Positions 28,989 through 43,000 of a stretch of DNA of 64,000 nucleotides are shown piece by piece. The stretch's first letter is position 1, and each line of letters begins with the position of its first letter. The translations under genes and the position numbers were made by a program. Location: IMG/VR virus record IMGVR_UViG_3300020182_001907; one strand, given 5' to 3'. This DNA comes from a virus. Below the pieces are notes generated by a model. The model was not told the origin of the DNA. It saw only the letters and a program-made list of their open reading frames with translations, and made no database searches.

Positions 28989-31043
28989 GTGCCATATATT
29001 ATTGAGAATGCAAGCGGCGAACCAATAACGATACCTGACGGTAGTCTTAACAGTGACTACAGTATCGATCTTATTGGACGTAACTATGAGAATTATGGTC
29101 AAGTTATTGCAAAAACCCAAATCGATTTATTAGATAATTTCGCCTCTGACGGTACTCCGCCAGCTGATCCAACAAGTGGTCAATTATGGTACGATAAAAA
29201 CTTTAAAGTGTTGAGATCATACGACGGCACTACGGGTGCATGGCTGCCAAATCGCCCTCTTGTAGTAAACTCCCCTCCTACAAATATACACGGCCAAAAC
29301 AAAGCAGGTACAGAATATTTTAACATTGGTACAGGTCAATTATATATTAACACGGGCTCTACTGGGTATCAACTAGCAAACAAGCCAGGGGAAATATCCC
29401 TACTGTATGATACAAACTCTGAACTAAGCAATCCAACTTTTTATGGAACCAGTATAAGAAATATCTTCTTAGTTGATACTGATGGAATACCGCGCTCAGT
29501 ATTAGCATTATATTATAAAAATGATGGTGAAATAACAGCAAGCGGCTATTATGACGGCGAGCGTATTATTGCATTATATAGTGGACACGAAACTTCTTTT
29601 ACTGTTGCAGATGCAGTAAGTACTACAGATGGAGATACTCATAATTTTCATCCTCAATTCGATATTGTACAAAGTATAGGCGGTATAGGTACTACTATAT
29701 ATCCTGGGATGAATACTCGATTAGACGATCAAACAGTAGTTAATTCAGCAAGATTATCACAAAGATCTAATGCTGCTTATAATTTAAACACTGGTTCTTA
29801 TTACCTTGAATTAGTTAACGGACAAATTGAAGATAACGGTGGTACAAACATTGCTGCTGCTAATGTGTTTCATCATGGTGCAAACACTGTTCCTGTAGTA
29901 AGTAATACATATAATTTAGGTAGTACTACTAACCTATTCTCACAAGGTTATATAAATGATTTAAAAATTGGCAATAGCATTTTATCTAATGGTGGTACAT
30001 ACACCATTGGGTCTCAAGCTGATCCAGTTGATGTTGTAAGCGCATCTACTATTAATGTCTATACTAATATACTTTTTCCATCAGGCGGAGACATTGCATC
30101 AACTAGTGACCGAGTAAACAACATTAGTGCAGCTAACGTAAACATTCAGGGACATGCTGATATTAATGGCTACAGAATGCCTGCTAGTACTGGTACTAAC
30201 GGTCAGCTTATGTATTTAAATAATGTAACTGGCGGAAGTGAATTTGCAGACCCTATAAGTAATATTAAATATGTTACTAGCAGTAATGGTAGTATTGATG
30301 TAGTAGAATCATCTTCGACAGAAACACCAATTGGTAGTTTATCATTAAATGTTAGATCATTAGATTTTCAATCAAATGTTAATTATACAAGAGAATTAAT
30401 TTCTATTGCAACAGCATCAAATACTGCACTAGAGTATAATAATACTACGGGCGAAATTAGTTTTATTAGAACAACACCGTTTGATAATCTAGTTCCTGCT
30501 ACGCATTTCTTATTACTACAAGGTACTACCAGCCAAACAGCAACAGGGGTTAAGACGTTTACGGCAAGAGCAGATTTTCCAGCAGGAATAGATATATCAA
30601 AAAATATTCGATACGGTGCATCCGCAGATTTTCCAGCAGGAATACCTACATCAACGACAAATTTAGTTTTTAACACTCGCGACGATAGCACTGCTACAAA
30701 TCATAGCATAACGTTTTCAAAGAAAGGCGACATTACTGCATCAGGCGACATTACTGCATTTAGTGATTTAAGACTAAAAGAAAATTTAGAACCTATTACC
30801 GATGCAGTATCAAAAGTTAAAGCAATTACGGGATACACATACACATTGATAGGAGATTCGGTTAAGCACACAGGAGTTATTGCACAAGATGTAGAATCAG
30901 TACTACCAGAAGTTGTTCACACTGGCGACGATCCTGACGGGACAAAGAGTGTTGCATACGGAAATATGGTGGGATTGTTAATAGAAGCAATAAAAGATTT
31001 ATCTAATGAAATAGACGCTCTGAAACAACGACTCGGCGATTAA
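28989..31043 (+). CDS. Tail fibre with C-terminal intramolecular chaperone/autoprocessing (peptidase S74-type) domain
   Basis: GTG start with GAGG SD. N-terminal anchor 'LIGRNYENYG...NFAS...P..GQLWYD'. C-terminal 'FSDLRLKENLEPI.DA..KV....G.TY.....GVIAQDVESVLPEVV......KSVAYGNMVGLLIEAIKDL' followed by a coiled coil is the canonical S74 chaperone. Confidence 0.85.
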   Translation: MPYIIENASGEPITIPDGSLNSDYSIDLIGRNYENYGQVIAKTQIDLLDNFASDGTPPADPTSGQLWYDKNFKVLRSYDGTTGAWLPNRPLVVNSPPTNIHGQNKAGTEYFNIGTGQLYINTGSTGYQLANKPGEISLLYDTNSELSNPTFYGTSIRNIFLVDTDGIPRSVLALYYKNDGEITASGYYDGERIIALYSGHETSFTVADAVSTTDGDTHNFHPQFDIVQSIGGIGTTIYPGMNTRLDDQTVVNSARLSQRSNAAYNLNTGSYYLELVNGQIEDNGGTNIAAANVFHHGANTVPVVSNTYNLGSTTNLFSQGYINDLKIGNSILSNGGTYTIGSQADPVDVVSASTINVYTNILFPSGGDIASTSDRVNNISAANVNIQGHADINGYRMPASTGTNGQLMYLNNVTGGSEFADPISNIKYVTSSNGSIDVVESSSTETPIGSLSLNVRSLDFQSNVNYTRELISIATASNTALEYNNTTGEISFIRTTPFDNLVPATHFLLLQGTTSQTATGVKTFTARADFPAGIDISKNIRYGASADFPAGIPTSTTNLVFNTRDDSTATNHSITFSKKGDITASGDITAFSDLRLKENLEPITDAVSKVKAITGYTYTLIGDSVKHTGVIAQDVESVLPEVVHTGDDPDGTKSVAYGNMVGLLIEAIKDLSNEIDALKQRLGD
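30570..30644 (+). repeat. Exact 21-bp direct repeat GCAGATTTTCCAGCAGGAATA (30570-30590, 30624-30644), encoding ADFPAGI twice
   Basis: Read directly from the sequence; in frame, 54-nt period. Confidence 0.9.
30725..30759 (+). repeat. Exact 17-bp tandem repeat AGGCGACATTACTGCAT (30725-30741, 30743-30759), encoding GDITA twice just before the S74 'SD' site
   Basis: Read directly from the sequence; 18-nt period. Confidence 0.9.
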
Positions 31044-31059
31044 AGCAAGGATTTTTTTG

Positions 31060-34000
31060 ATGGTACATAGAGAATACAATGTCATTGTACATAAAGATGT
31101 GGATTTAGCTGAGCTAGAACAAGAACTGTGTGCTGCATTTGGTAACGAAACGATCCCTGATCGTGAAGTAGAAATTGTTGATCCAAGATATAAAAATCCA
31201 CGTATTACTAGTTTTAATCTCAGTGATGACGAAGCTGAACAGTTACGTGCAGATCCTAGAATACTAGAAGTAGAAATTCCACCACTTCAACAACCAGGTA
31301 TGATTGTTGAAAGATTTGTAGTGACTACCCAATCAGGAGATTTTGATAGAAGTAGTAGTACTGCTGATGATCATGTTAACTGGGGTTTACGTAGAGTTAT
31401 TGAAACTACCAATACATTTGGTGGTAGCACAACTATTGCAGGGGATTATAGTTATAGCAGAGATGGAACCGGCGTCGACTTTGTAGTAATGGATAGCGGA
31501 ATACAAGCCGATCATCCTGAATTCGAAGACGCAGATGGAAATAGTCGTGTAAGACAAATTGATTGGTATGATGCTGCTGATATTCCAGGAACTATGCCAA
31601 CTAATTTTTACACTGACTTTGAGGGACATGGAACACATTGCGCCGCAATTGCTGCTGGTAAAACATATGGATGGGCTAAAAACGCAGATATATATTCGTT
31701 AAAAATGGCAGGACTAGAAGGACCAACAGATCCTAATAATGGTATTAATTATTCAGTAATATTTGACCTTGTTGTAGCATGGCATAATCGTAAAAACAAT
31801 CCTGCTGATCCTATCTACACTGGACGTCCTACAGTAATGAATATGAGCTGGGGGTTTCTTTACCAGAACGAAAATGAACCAGATTCCGGTGAATACAGGG
31901 GTACACCGTGGACATTTGGAGATCCCGGATACACGGTAGGCACGACGCTGTGGAATAGCACAGGGATAGTACCAAAATTAGGAAATGCCACATCAGGTTA
32001 TAGGTATAAATTACCAGGTAGCAATACTAGTGCGAACACAGACATTGACACTATTGCATCAGCAGGAATAATAGTAACAATTTCAGCAGGAAACAACTAT
32101 TATAAAAATACTCTACCAGGCGATGTAGAGTACGATAATTCAGTTTCGTGGGGTGCCATAACAAGATTTTATCATCGACAGGGATCTCCTTACAGCCCTG
32201 ATGTTTTTTTTGTAGGAAGCATAGACACAGATCAAATATTAGACGGCACTTATAAAGACCGTGTAGCTTCGAGCAGCACCAGAGGTCCAGCAGTAAACAT
32301 ATTTTCTCCAGGCGATAGCATAGCAAGTGCTACTTCTACAGTTAATTCGTATGCAAGTTTAGATGTTTATAATTATATTCCAGACACTAATTTTAGAATG
32401 GTAGAACTTGGCGGTACTAGTATGGCCGCACCACAGGTGGCAGGCATAGCAGCATTACATTTGCAAGCTAATCCTAATTTAACACCAGCACAAATACAAG
32501 ACCGGATTATAAACGATAACAGTTATAATGTAATGTACAGTACAGGATCAGACACTGACTATACAGCGTTCACTAGTTCACTCCTGGGCGCTGCTGGTAA
32601 TGTTGTATATTCTAAATATTCTATAGACGTTAACGAATCACTAAGTGATATTACTTTGAGCAATCCTTCATTAGTGACTACAAATTTAAACCAGCCAGCA
32701 ACTATTAATTTACGGGATTTAACAAGCAACGTAGCTGTAACAAATTTTCGTGAATTTACGGTTACTACTACGCCAACCAACGGCACGGTTACTTTAATTG
32801 ATCCATCCCAAGGCACAGTGGAATATACTCCAAATAATAGTTATACTGGGCCAGACAATTTTTCTTTTACCTTAAAAAATAATTTAGGTAATGTTAGCAC
32901 TAATCAATCTGATGTTTCTGTGCAAGTTGGTAGCGGACAACTCGTAACAGTAGCCGATGATTCTTTTACTACATTTGGATTAGAAACCACAGTACTTGAT
33001 GTTTTAGCAAACGATGGTATAAATGCTAATGTATCCACAGTGGTAGTTGATACTAGTCCTTCTAATGGCACAGCATCTCCAAACATAGATGGTACAATTG
33101 ATTATACATCGAGCATAAGATACGGACTAGATTCTTTTACGTACACAGTAGATAGTACCACTGACGTAACTAGCGATATTTCAAATGTTACAGTATACAT
33201 AAATCAGAGAGTAGCTGTTTCAGATTTCTCGTTTGAGGCAAGTAGCCCTGGTACATCAACAATACCTGTACTAAAAAATTCTACAAGTTACGATCCTCAT
33301 TTTGCAAATGTTAGAGCTATTTACAATTTTATATCTCCCAGTTTAGGCACAGCAGCCAGTGCTACCGGCAGCACTTATCTCGGTAATATTACTCCAGTTG
33401 GCTCGTCGATAGAATTTGTAACCACTGGTGGCGAACATGATCTTGGCAGCTTATATTTTGGAGATAAGGATTTTCATACAGGAGCATCAATCGATTCTAC
33501 AAATTTAGCTGCTAGTAATTTCTTTACAAGTCCTGAGTGGACTGTGGAATGGAGCTTTAAAATATCTAGTAGCAGTGTTACTGGTACGCAATCGATGATG
33601 TGTGCTAAAAGCGTTAACAACGGTCCGTTACGTGTATTTTTTAACGGCACAGGTTTAACATGTTTAGTTAATTCCTCTAGTTCTATTATTAGAAATTTTC
33701 AAGGATTAACTGGCTGGGTCTATGACGATTGGAACAAAATTGCAATACAACGAAATAATGATTCGTTAGCTGTGTTTATAAACGGAGTACTAGTAAGAGA
33801 AAGTTCTACTGGTACAAGTCTTAACAATATATCTGAAACAGACAGTATTATATATCTCGGTAGAGATGCATTTAGTACCACCACATATAAACTTAACGAT
33901 TGTTACATGGATAACATTCGATTTACTGCATCTGCAAGATACGATATAGCAGATAGTTATTATCCTGCGACACAGACATTTGCCACTAGTAATTCTGATT

Positions 34001-37000
34001 TAGCAAACGTCAGCACATTAACAATTGCAGAACAACCTACTTACGGTACCGCAGTACTTGATTTAGGAAATGCTGCAATATTATACACAGCTGACGAAGG
34101 ATATGTAGGAGCAGACTCTTTCAAATATAATGTAACTAGCCTTAATCCAACACTGAGCGGCAATGCAATTGTTACGCTTGAAGTATCAGGTATAGGAACG
34201 TATGATACAATGCTGGTTTCTCCTGCATCAGTAGACGAAGACGGTAGCACAGTAACATTTACTATTAATACTGCATTTGTATTAGATGGTACCACTGTTG
34301 GATATACTGTAGGCGGTACTGGCATAACAGTTGATGATATCAGTTTGGGTAGTTTAACTGGAACAATTAATGTAAATTCTAATCAAGGCACACTAGCATT
34401 ACAGGTGTTAACTGATAACTTAACTGAGGGTGCTGAAACACTTACTTTGACACTAGATGCAACTGACAGTGCGGGATGGGCAACAAACAGTTTAAGCAAT
34501 GTATTACTAATTAATGATACCAGCCTAAGTAAAATATATGATTCATTAGATGTTTCGCCTGTATCGGTAGACGAAGACGGCAGTAATGTAACATTTACAG
34601 TTAATACCACTAATGTAACAGATGCTACAACAATTGGTTACACCATAAGCGGTACTGGTATAACAACTAACGATATTAGTTTAGGCAGTTTAACAGGTTC
34701 TATAACTATTACAGCAAACGAAGGTACACTAGAATTCCAGGTGTTAGCCGACACGTTTACGGAAGGTCCAGAAACCTTAATTTTAACACTAGATGCTAAT
34801 GATAGTTTTGGTACTAGTACAGGATCACTGAGTAATACTGTAACCATCAATGATACTAGTGTAACAGCAGGAGTTTATAACACCTCAACTTTTAATATTA
34901 ACAGTGTTAACGAAGACTCAGACGGGGACAACACTGATGTAATATTTACTGTGAACACTACAGCAGTACTTGATGGGACCACTGTTGGTTATACTATTAG
35001 TGGTGCTGGAATCACAGTTGATGATATCAGTTTGGGCAGTTTAACTGGTAATATTACTATCAACAGTAATACAGGTAATGTGTCTTTCAATGTAATTGCT
35101 GATAATTTAACAGAAGGAAACGAAACTTTAATCTTAACCCTGGATGCAACAGATAGTGCAGGATGGTCAACAGGCGGGTTAAGTGACACTGTGTTACTTG
35201 TTGATACCTCAGTTAATGATCCTATATATGATAATGTATACTTTAATTTAACTAACGTTGACGAAGATTCGTCAACACAAGTAGTTTTCACAGTAGATAC
35301 TAGTTACGTAATAGACGGAACTACAATTGGTTATACTGTAGGCGGGACAGGAATTACTGTTAATGATATAAGTTTAATATCTCTAACCGGAGATTTTACA
35401 ATAATCAATAATACTGATAGTATTGATTTTACTGTAAATACAGATAGTTTAACAGAAGGAAACGAAACTTTAACGATTACGTTGGACGCACAAGACTCTG
35501 TTGGAACTAACACAGGTAGTTTAGCAAATAGTATTATTTTAAACGACACCAGCCAATCACCGCTGCCCGGCACACCTACTTATAACACAGTAGGTTTTAA
35601 TTTTCCTACTGTTAACGAAGATGGCACAACTATTGTTATTTTTACAATTAATACCACTGACGTTGTGTCAGGAACAACAGTACCTTACACAATCAGCGGC
35701 GGCGGCATTACAACTGATGATTTAAATCTTAACTCTTTAACAGGCGATATAGTTATAGTTCAAGGTAACATAGGGCAACTTGCGTTTACAGTAAACCAAG
35801 ACTTCTTCACAGAAGGACCAGAAATATTAACTGTAACACTTGGTGCTACAGACAGTAACGGCGACCCAACTGGATCATTATCGGGGCAGGTAACATTAAT
35901 TGACACTAGCAAAACCCCTGCCTACTTGTCTGCTGCGTTTGATGTAGATAGCATAACAGAAAATGGAACAGATTTTGCAGTGTTTAGAGTTGATACTGAA
36001 AACGTAGCTGTCAATACTGAAATTGGATATGTAATAACAGGTGTTGGCAGCGGAGATATATCAGTCCCGCTAACAGGCAATATATTTATTAACAATACAG
36101 ACTACGGCATACTTGCATTTACTGCCACAGAAGACTTTACAACAGATGGCAATATGACTGCTACTGTTACACTAGTAGCTCAGGATAGTTTTGGTACATT
36201 TACTGGAGGACTAAGTGACAGTGTTATAATTATTGACACTAGTAAAACACCAAATACTCCGCCTACTGCTACCAGTGTAAATACATCTACTGGAGAATCG
36301 ACAACAATCATCATAGATTTATCAGGTAATATTTCCGATAGCGGCCCATTTTCGGGACTAACTGCATTAAATATTGTTACACCTCCGGATTTTGGTACTG
36401 CAAATGTAACTTTTAGTTTACCTGATGCTTACATTACATATACCCCTAATCCTGGTTTCTATGGCACAGACATAATTGCATATAACGTAACTGACAACGA
36501 GGATACAGACAGTAATACTGCATTTGTTACTATTAGAGTTTTTCAAGCACCAATTGCTGCTAATAATACAGTAACAATGAATCAAGCGGAAGTAGAAACT
36601 TTTGATATTTTATCAAATGATTCCCCCGGCGAAGGCGCCTTAGTTCCAACATTAACTGTTATTGAAACAGTGCCTAGCAACGGTACTGTGATTAATAATT
36701 TAGACGGCACAATTACTTATACTCCGTTTTCACAGTTCTTTGGTCTTGATACTCTAACATATAATGTTACAAATAGCAATAACGCTACCAGTCTGACACC
36801 TGGCACAGTATTTATTACTGTAAATCAAGCAGATCCACCGGTAGCAGAGGACGACGAATTCATTGGGCTTGTTAATACTGCATTTAATATAAACGTAGTA
36901 TCTAATGACCTTACAGGAAATGATCCAATAGATTTAAACACATTGATTATAACAGTTCCTCCAGTAAACGGCGCAGCAATTTATTTAAATGATGGTACGA

Positions 37001-40000
37001 TTACGTATACACCAAATACAGGATTTATTGGCGTAGATACCTTATCATACACAATAAGTGATACTGTTGGTAGAACTTCTAATCCTGCTAATGTGACCAT
37101 TACAATATCAGGTCCTGATGCATTGTTATTACACACTGTGAATAACGAAAATGCATATGGTTCTTCAGTTGGTGATAATTTTGGTGAAGTGGTAGCAATG
37201 TCCGATCGATATAGTATAGTAGGCGCACCAAACGAAGACGATGATAATGGTACTAGTTCAGGTAAAGCATATATATTTAATAATACAACTGGCGAATTAC
37301 TGCACACATTAGTAAATCCTAATCCTGACAATTTAAGTATAAATGATTATTTTGGATCCGCTGTAGGAATAACAGACAACTATGCTATTGTAGGTTCTTA
37401 CGGCGAAGATGCTACCACTGGTGTAAGCCCTGGAAGGGCATATATTTATAATGCTTTTACTGGCTTACTACTGCATACAATATCTGATCCTAGCCCACCT
37501 TACGAGTTTAATAACTTTGGTCAAACAGTCGCAATAACAGATAATTATTTCATAGTGGGCGACCCTACTTTTACCCAAGGTGGCGCAAGCAGTGGCATAG
37601 TGTATGTTTATGACCTCGCAACTGCTACACTGCTGCATACAATAATTAATCCTAATCTCTATTATTCAGGCTCGGGAGACCGTTTTGGTAGTGCAATAGC
37701 AATGACAGATACTTATTTTGTTGTGGGTGCTCCTGGCGAAGACGCGACTGTCGCACCGCTAGGCGATACTGGTATAGCGTATATATACAATACAGTCACT
37801 GGCGCACAATTGTACACGTTAGAAAACCCTGCTAACCCTGGCACACAAGACCTCTTTGGTTCTTCAGTAGCAATAACAAATGATTATGCAGTAATTGGCG
37901 CACCAAGAGCCACTGGAGATTCTCTAACCTATTCTGGAATTCAGTGGGGCGCTGCTTATATTTTTAACACTAGCACCGGTGCACTATTGCACACTCTAGA
38001 TAATCCCGAAGAAAGCGCCCTTCCAATGTTTATGGGCTCTTCAGTAGCAATAGACAATGTCCGAACTTTAGTTTCCGTTCCAGACGGCAACAATCAAACA
38101 GGCATAGTGCATGTTTATGATACAGCAACTGGCAGTTATCTTTATGCTATAGTTGATCCTAATGCCGATATAAACAGTAGATTTGGCAACTACGTTGGAT
38201 TATCAGATAACTATAGCATAGTCACTTCGCCTGGATCAGTATTAGGCGGTATTGAAGGAGCAGTATATATATTTCTCACTACTGTAGGAATAAACACAGC
38301 GCCAATATCAGTAAATGATTCAATAACCACATTCGAAAATGATACTGTCATTATAGATGTGTTGGCAAACGATATAGATTTAGAAAATAACATTAGACCT
38401 AGCACAGTAAGAATGACTAGTACTCCGCTTAATGGTACTGCAATTGTCCAACAGAATGGTACTATTCAATATACTCCAGCATTTGGTTATACGGGACTAG
38501 ATTCGTTTACATATAAAGTATCAGATGTTTATAACCTTCCTGCTTCAAACGCTACAGTCTCAGTAGATATTCTGCAGCTACCACTAGCTGTCAACGATTC
38601 AGTAACTATAGAAAAAAACACTATTGCAGAAATCAACTTACCCAGTAACGATATAGGAGCCAGTATAGATCCGTCTAGCGTAACAATTATTTCTTTACCT
38701 TTGAATGGTATAGTACAGTTAGACCAACCTACAGGCAATGTGGTTTATGTACCTAACACAAACTGGGTGGGCACTGATACTTTTCAATACACAATAAAAA
38801 ATACCTTTGGGAATATTAGTACTAATATTGGAACAGTAACAATTATTGTTGAACAACCACCCGGCGACGGAAACATAATATCAATTCAAGGTAATCAGTT
38901 TGATCAATTTGGTACTGTAGTTGACAAGCCGGTTGATGTAGAAGAATTTTCGGATAAACTAGCTCCAGTAATTGACACCGATATACAGTCATTTCCTGTT
39001 AGTTTCTTTTACGATAATCCAACATTGTTATACAGCGCAACGTCAAAGCCTACATATAAATGGGCAGGTTATAATCCCAGTGTTTATCCAAGGAAAAAGG
39101 TAACAGACAGGATACCGTTTAAGTGGAGTGATATGGTTGGATACCAGAATTATTATCTACCATTCCCTGATCCAGTAATAAAAATTACTAATCTTGGTGA
39201 TGTTTCAGGTTACACTAATGATACTGAAAGCCTTATCGCATCTTCTGCAACTATTAGTGTGGATTGGCAACAATCTTCATGGCCTATTCCACCAAGACCT
39301 AGTCCATCTCAATATCAGTATACACGGTCTGTAACATTCACCTGGTACCGAGACGGAGTATTCTTATCAAGAGAAACAAAAGTTAATGATTCAGTGTTTA
39401 CTGTCAGTTCTCCGCCTTTATTACCTCTTGGTGATGCAAAAAACTATAACATAAGACTAGACGTTATAGCAATACTGTATGGTCCAGATGACAGAGTAGT
39501 TCCTTTTAAGAACGATGCATCTTTTGCACATGCTAGTAGCAGTAAAATATCCAATGCTGCATTTAAAGTATCTACATATCAACCATCAGCATCAGCGTTA
39601 ACAACTAGTGTGCTGCCAATAAAACCTAATTCTACTGGTACTCAGTATGTAACAGTGTATAGAAGATTTGTTGATGATACGCTTATAAGTACAATTGGAA
39701 ACTCAGTTACTTTTGGCTCATTTAAAAGAGGATATATTTATCCCAACTTTGATTCTGCTCCAGGAAGAACTCCTGACAATTACGTAGATTACGAATGGCA
39801 GAGACGTATCGATCCTGGCAAAGAATGGTTTGCTGAAAATCTTACTGACAACACGCAGTTCTATTGGGACGCTGGCAGTAACGACGGCTTGGGTGGCAGC
39901 CAAGATTTAAACGGACATCAAATTAGATTTAGAGCAAGGGCAAGACAAGAGTTAAATGATCCAGATCAGACGATCACTGGAGATTGGGCAACCACTAGTC

Positions 40001-43000
40001 CTATAACTGTGCAATATTTTACAGAATACTATGTACCAATATTCAGTTTAGGTGGTGTTACTAGCGCAATAAAAGGCGGGGAAATATTAGCAGTGTTTAC
40101 CCCATACAATATGGGTGCTGGAGCCACTACTTACTACTGGCGTATAGTTCCTCTTGGAGCATTTGCAAACGAGTTTGTCACAGACAGTGGAAGTTTTAGT
40201 TTAGATGAAAATTTATATTATGATGGAAGTAGACCTATCGATCATAGACAAACTATAACAAGTCTGGTTAACGTTGGTGATACTGTGGATCGAACTTATT
40301 CTATAGAATTTTTTACAAATTCTGGTTACACAGGCGATCCTATTTTTGCAGACACGTTAACCACAGTATCTTCTGTACCAGCATACAATATTCAGGCACG
40401 ATGGTTAGGGTCCAACGGCAAAAATTATACTGGTAATATTGATAAATGGGAAGTATATGTTAGAGAAGAATCTGTTGTAGATTTGTTTGACATACAAATT
40501 AAAAACTTGCCGTACAAAGTTGGTGACATTGTTTACTTGCAAAATGATCGCATAGTAGGAGATGGAACTAGTGCTAATGATATTTACTTTAGAAAAAATA
40601 GTAATCAAGCATGGGCAAAATATAACAGCGGAACTAGAGTAGCAGTAGAATGTTATAATGTAACAGTAACTGACACAGATTATATTGCCCACTTTGCTAT
40701 ACAATTTAAAGGCGAAGACGATTCACCATTGGGCGGTAGCGCTGCTAATTATGAACTGTTTAATTTTACATTCTATAATGCTGCGGTTGCTGGAACAGCA
40801 CTAGTAGACTTTACGGCTAGAATTTACGACAATGTAGAATTCTTCTTTGCTATTACTAGCGAATTAGAAGCATCTGAGGTAACTTATTATACTATTAATA
40901 ATGTATTATCTCAAACTGGCGACGGTTACGTTAAATGGAAATCGTATGACATTGCTTCTAATACAGGTAATAACGATCATTATTTTTTAAATCCAGGTAC
41001 GTATGCACTAGAAGATTTAACTTTCTTTTATCAGTGGGAGCGTATACAGGATGGCAAGTGGACCTCTTTTAGAAACGATCTAGGTGGTTCTGACTGGGTT
41101 AATAAGACATCTAGCGCTTATTATTTGGGGAGCGGTGACGAAGGGTTTTATTTTAATGACATAGGAGATACAACTGTTATCCATAATTGGGCAAACGGTA
41201 TAGACATACGACAGAGAATAATTATATATAATAATCGAGGAAAAATTATAGCAGACCAATACAGTAATGTGGTTACCATGAAAATTAATGTAAGCAACAC
41301 TGCAAGCTCTGTGGGAATCAACAGTATTAGTGTACAAAATGCTACAGAAGGTAGCACTACTTATACTCTAACAATTAACAGCAAAGGAATGATAGGAAAA
41401 GGAGTTCGTGTACAACTAACTAACAATAATTTCTATCACACATCAACAGATTTTTATACTTTAATAAAAAGAAATACTACAAATGTGCGCTTAAATGATC
41501 TTATTCCACAAAAATATTACAATACTGCGGCCACAGAAACTATAACTGTGACTGCTCCTGCTGGAACTGCTGCTGCTGGGTACGAAAGTAAATCTACAAC
41601 ATACACTATTGCGCAAGCGCCCATGGAGTTTGTGTTTGGAAAAGTTGATTATACTTCAGGCGGAAGCACTCTTGAGAAAGGGTTTGGTCAGAGCACTGCG
41701 ATAACAAGTGAAGAAGGCGGTGTGTTAAACTTCCGAGGCTTCTTTAATAACGTACCGCCAGGAGAAGACATTATATTAGAGTTCTACGCATTCACTGATG
41801 ATGGCTCACTTGTGCCTAACGCTAGCATAGTAAACTTAATAAGCGGTACTGATGGTTTAGGCAGTCTTGATAAACCTTATAAAACAGGAACAATAACATA
41901 TCCTTATGTTCCAGCAAATAGTTTGGTTAAAAGAAATCAATCATATCTAGCAAAAATGGAAGGATTAACTTTAAAATATGATCCTAGTTCCTTTGACACG
42001 TTTAAAGGAAATTGGCGAGTTACTACTACGCCGAATAGATTAGTAGACATCACTGGATCAATTAAAAGTGTTAACACTTTGCCTGTGCCATGGAGTCCAT
42101 CAGGACAAGATATCAATGTTATTGCTTCTGAAAATATAAAAGAAGATGGTACAACTGCTAATCCTGTACTACAAGGATACGTGTTTTTCTGGGGTATAAG
42201 TTCAGCGCCAGCAGGAACAACCATTTACTGGAGAATAAATTCTAGTAAAACTACTGCTGTAGCTGGTGTTAATTATGACGGTACACAAAATAACGCAACA
42301 CTGACCACAGATGCGAGTGGTGTCGCATTTCAAAATAAGCCAGGAGTTAGACAAGACGGTGACCCAACAGCTCCTTTGTTTTTCCCTGTAATTAATGACG
42401 GAACATACGCTGTAACAGATCCTGTGATAGCAGTAGACATGTCATTTTACAGTGATTTTAGAACGTCGTACACTGCATCAACTAAGATACTTAATGTTAA
42501 TCCAGCGCCAATACCTGCTCCCACTGTCAATTTAGCACAAGCGTATAGTACTGGAATATTATGGACTTATATCAATGTACAAAATTTTGCAGTAGGAGAT
42601 TATCCTACAGGAACAATACTTACATTTATAATAGACGATGATGGTACAATAAAGAACATAGCAGGGTCAAAAGGAACAATTACAACTGTAAGTACTTGGT
42701 TACCAGCAGGCGAAAGTGCTAGTGATTATGAATGGAAAGTATCATATAGACATAGTGATAGTGCTCTTGCCGACCAAACTGGTGCAATAATGTATGCATA
42801 TAATAATGGGTCTACTGGCAATGCTCAATCGTTTAATACTTGGTATAGTACTACTGGCTCTCAAATAATATTTTCCAGTGGTGCTCAAGGTGTTAACGCT
42901 GATCCTGCAACATCAGTCATGACTATTGAAGTGCGATCTAAGAGTAATAACGCAGTTAAAGATTCAGATTCAACCTCAATATATTGGCTACCGGGTAGTT

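Noticed and set aside
34201-38280. CRISPR-like or non-coding repeat array
   Set aside because: The repeats are in-frame degenerate protein-domain repeats with no constant-repeat/unique-spacer structure.
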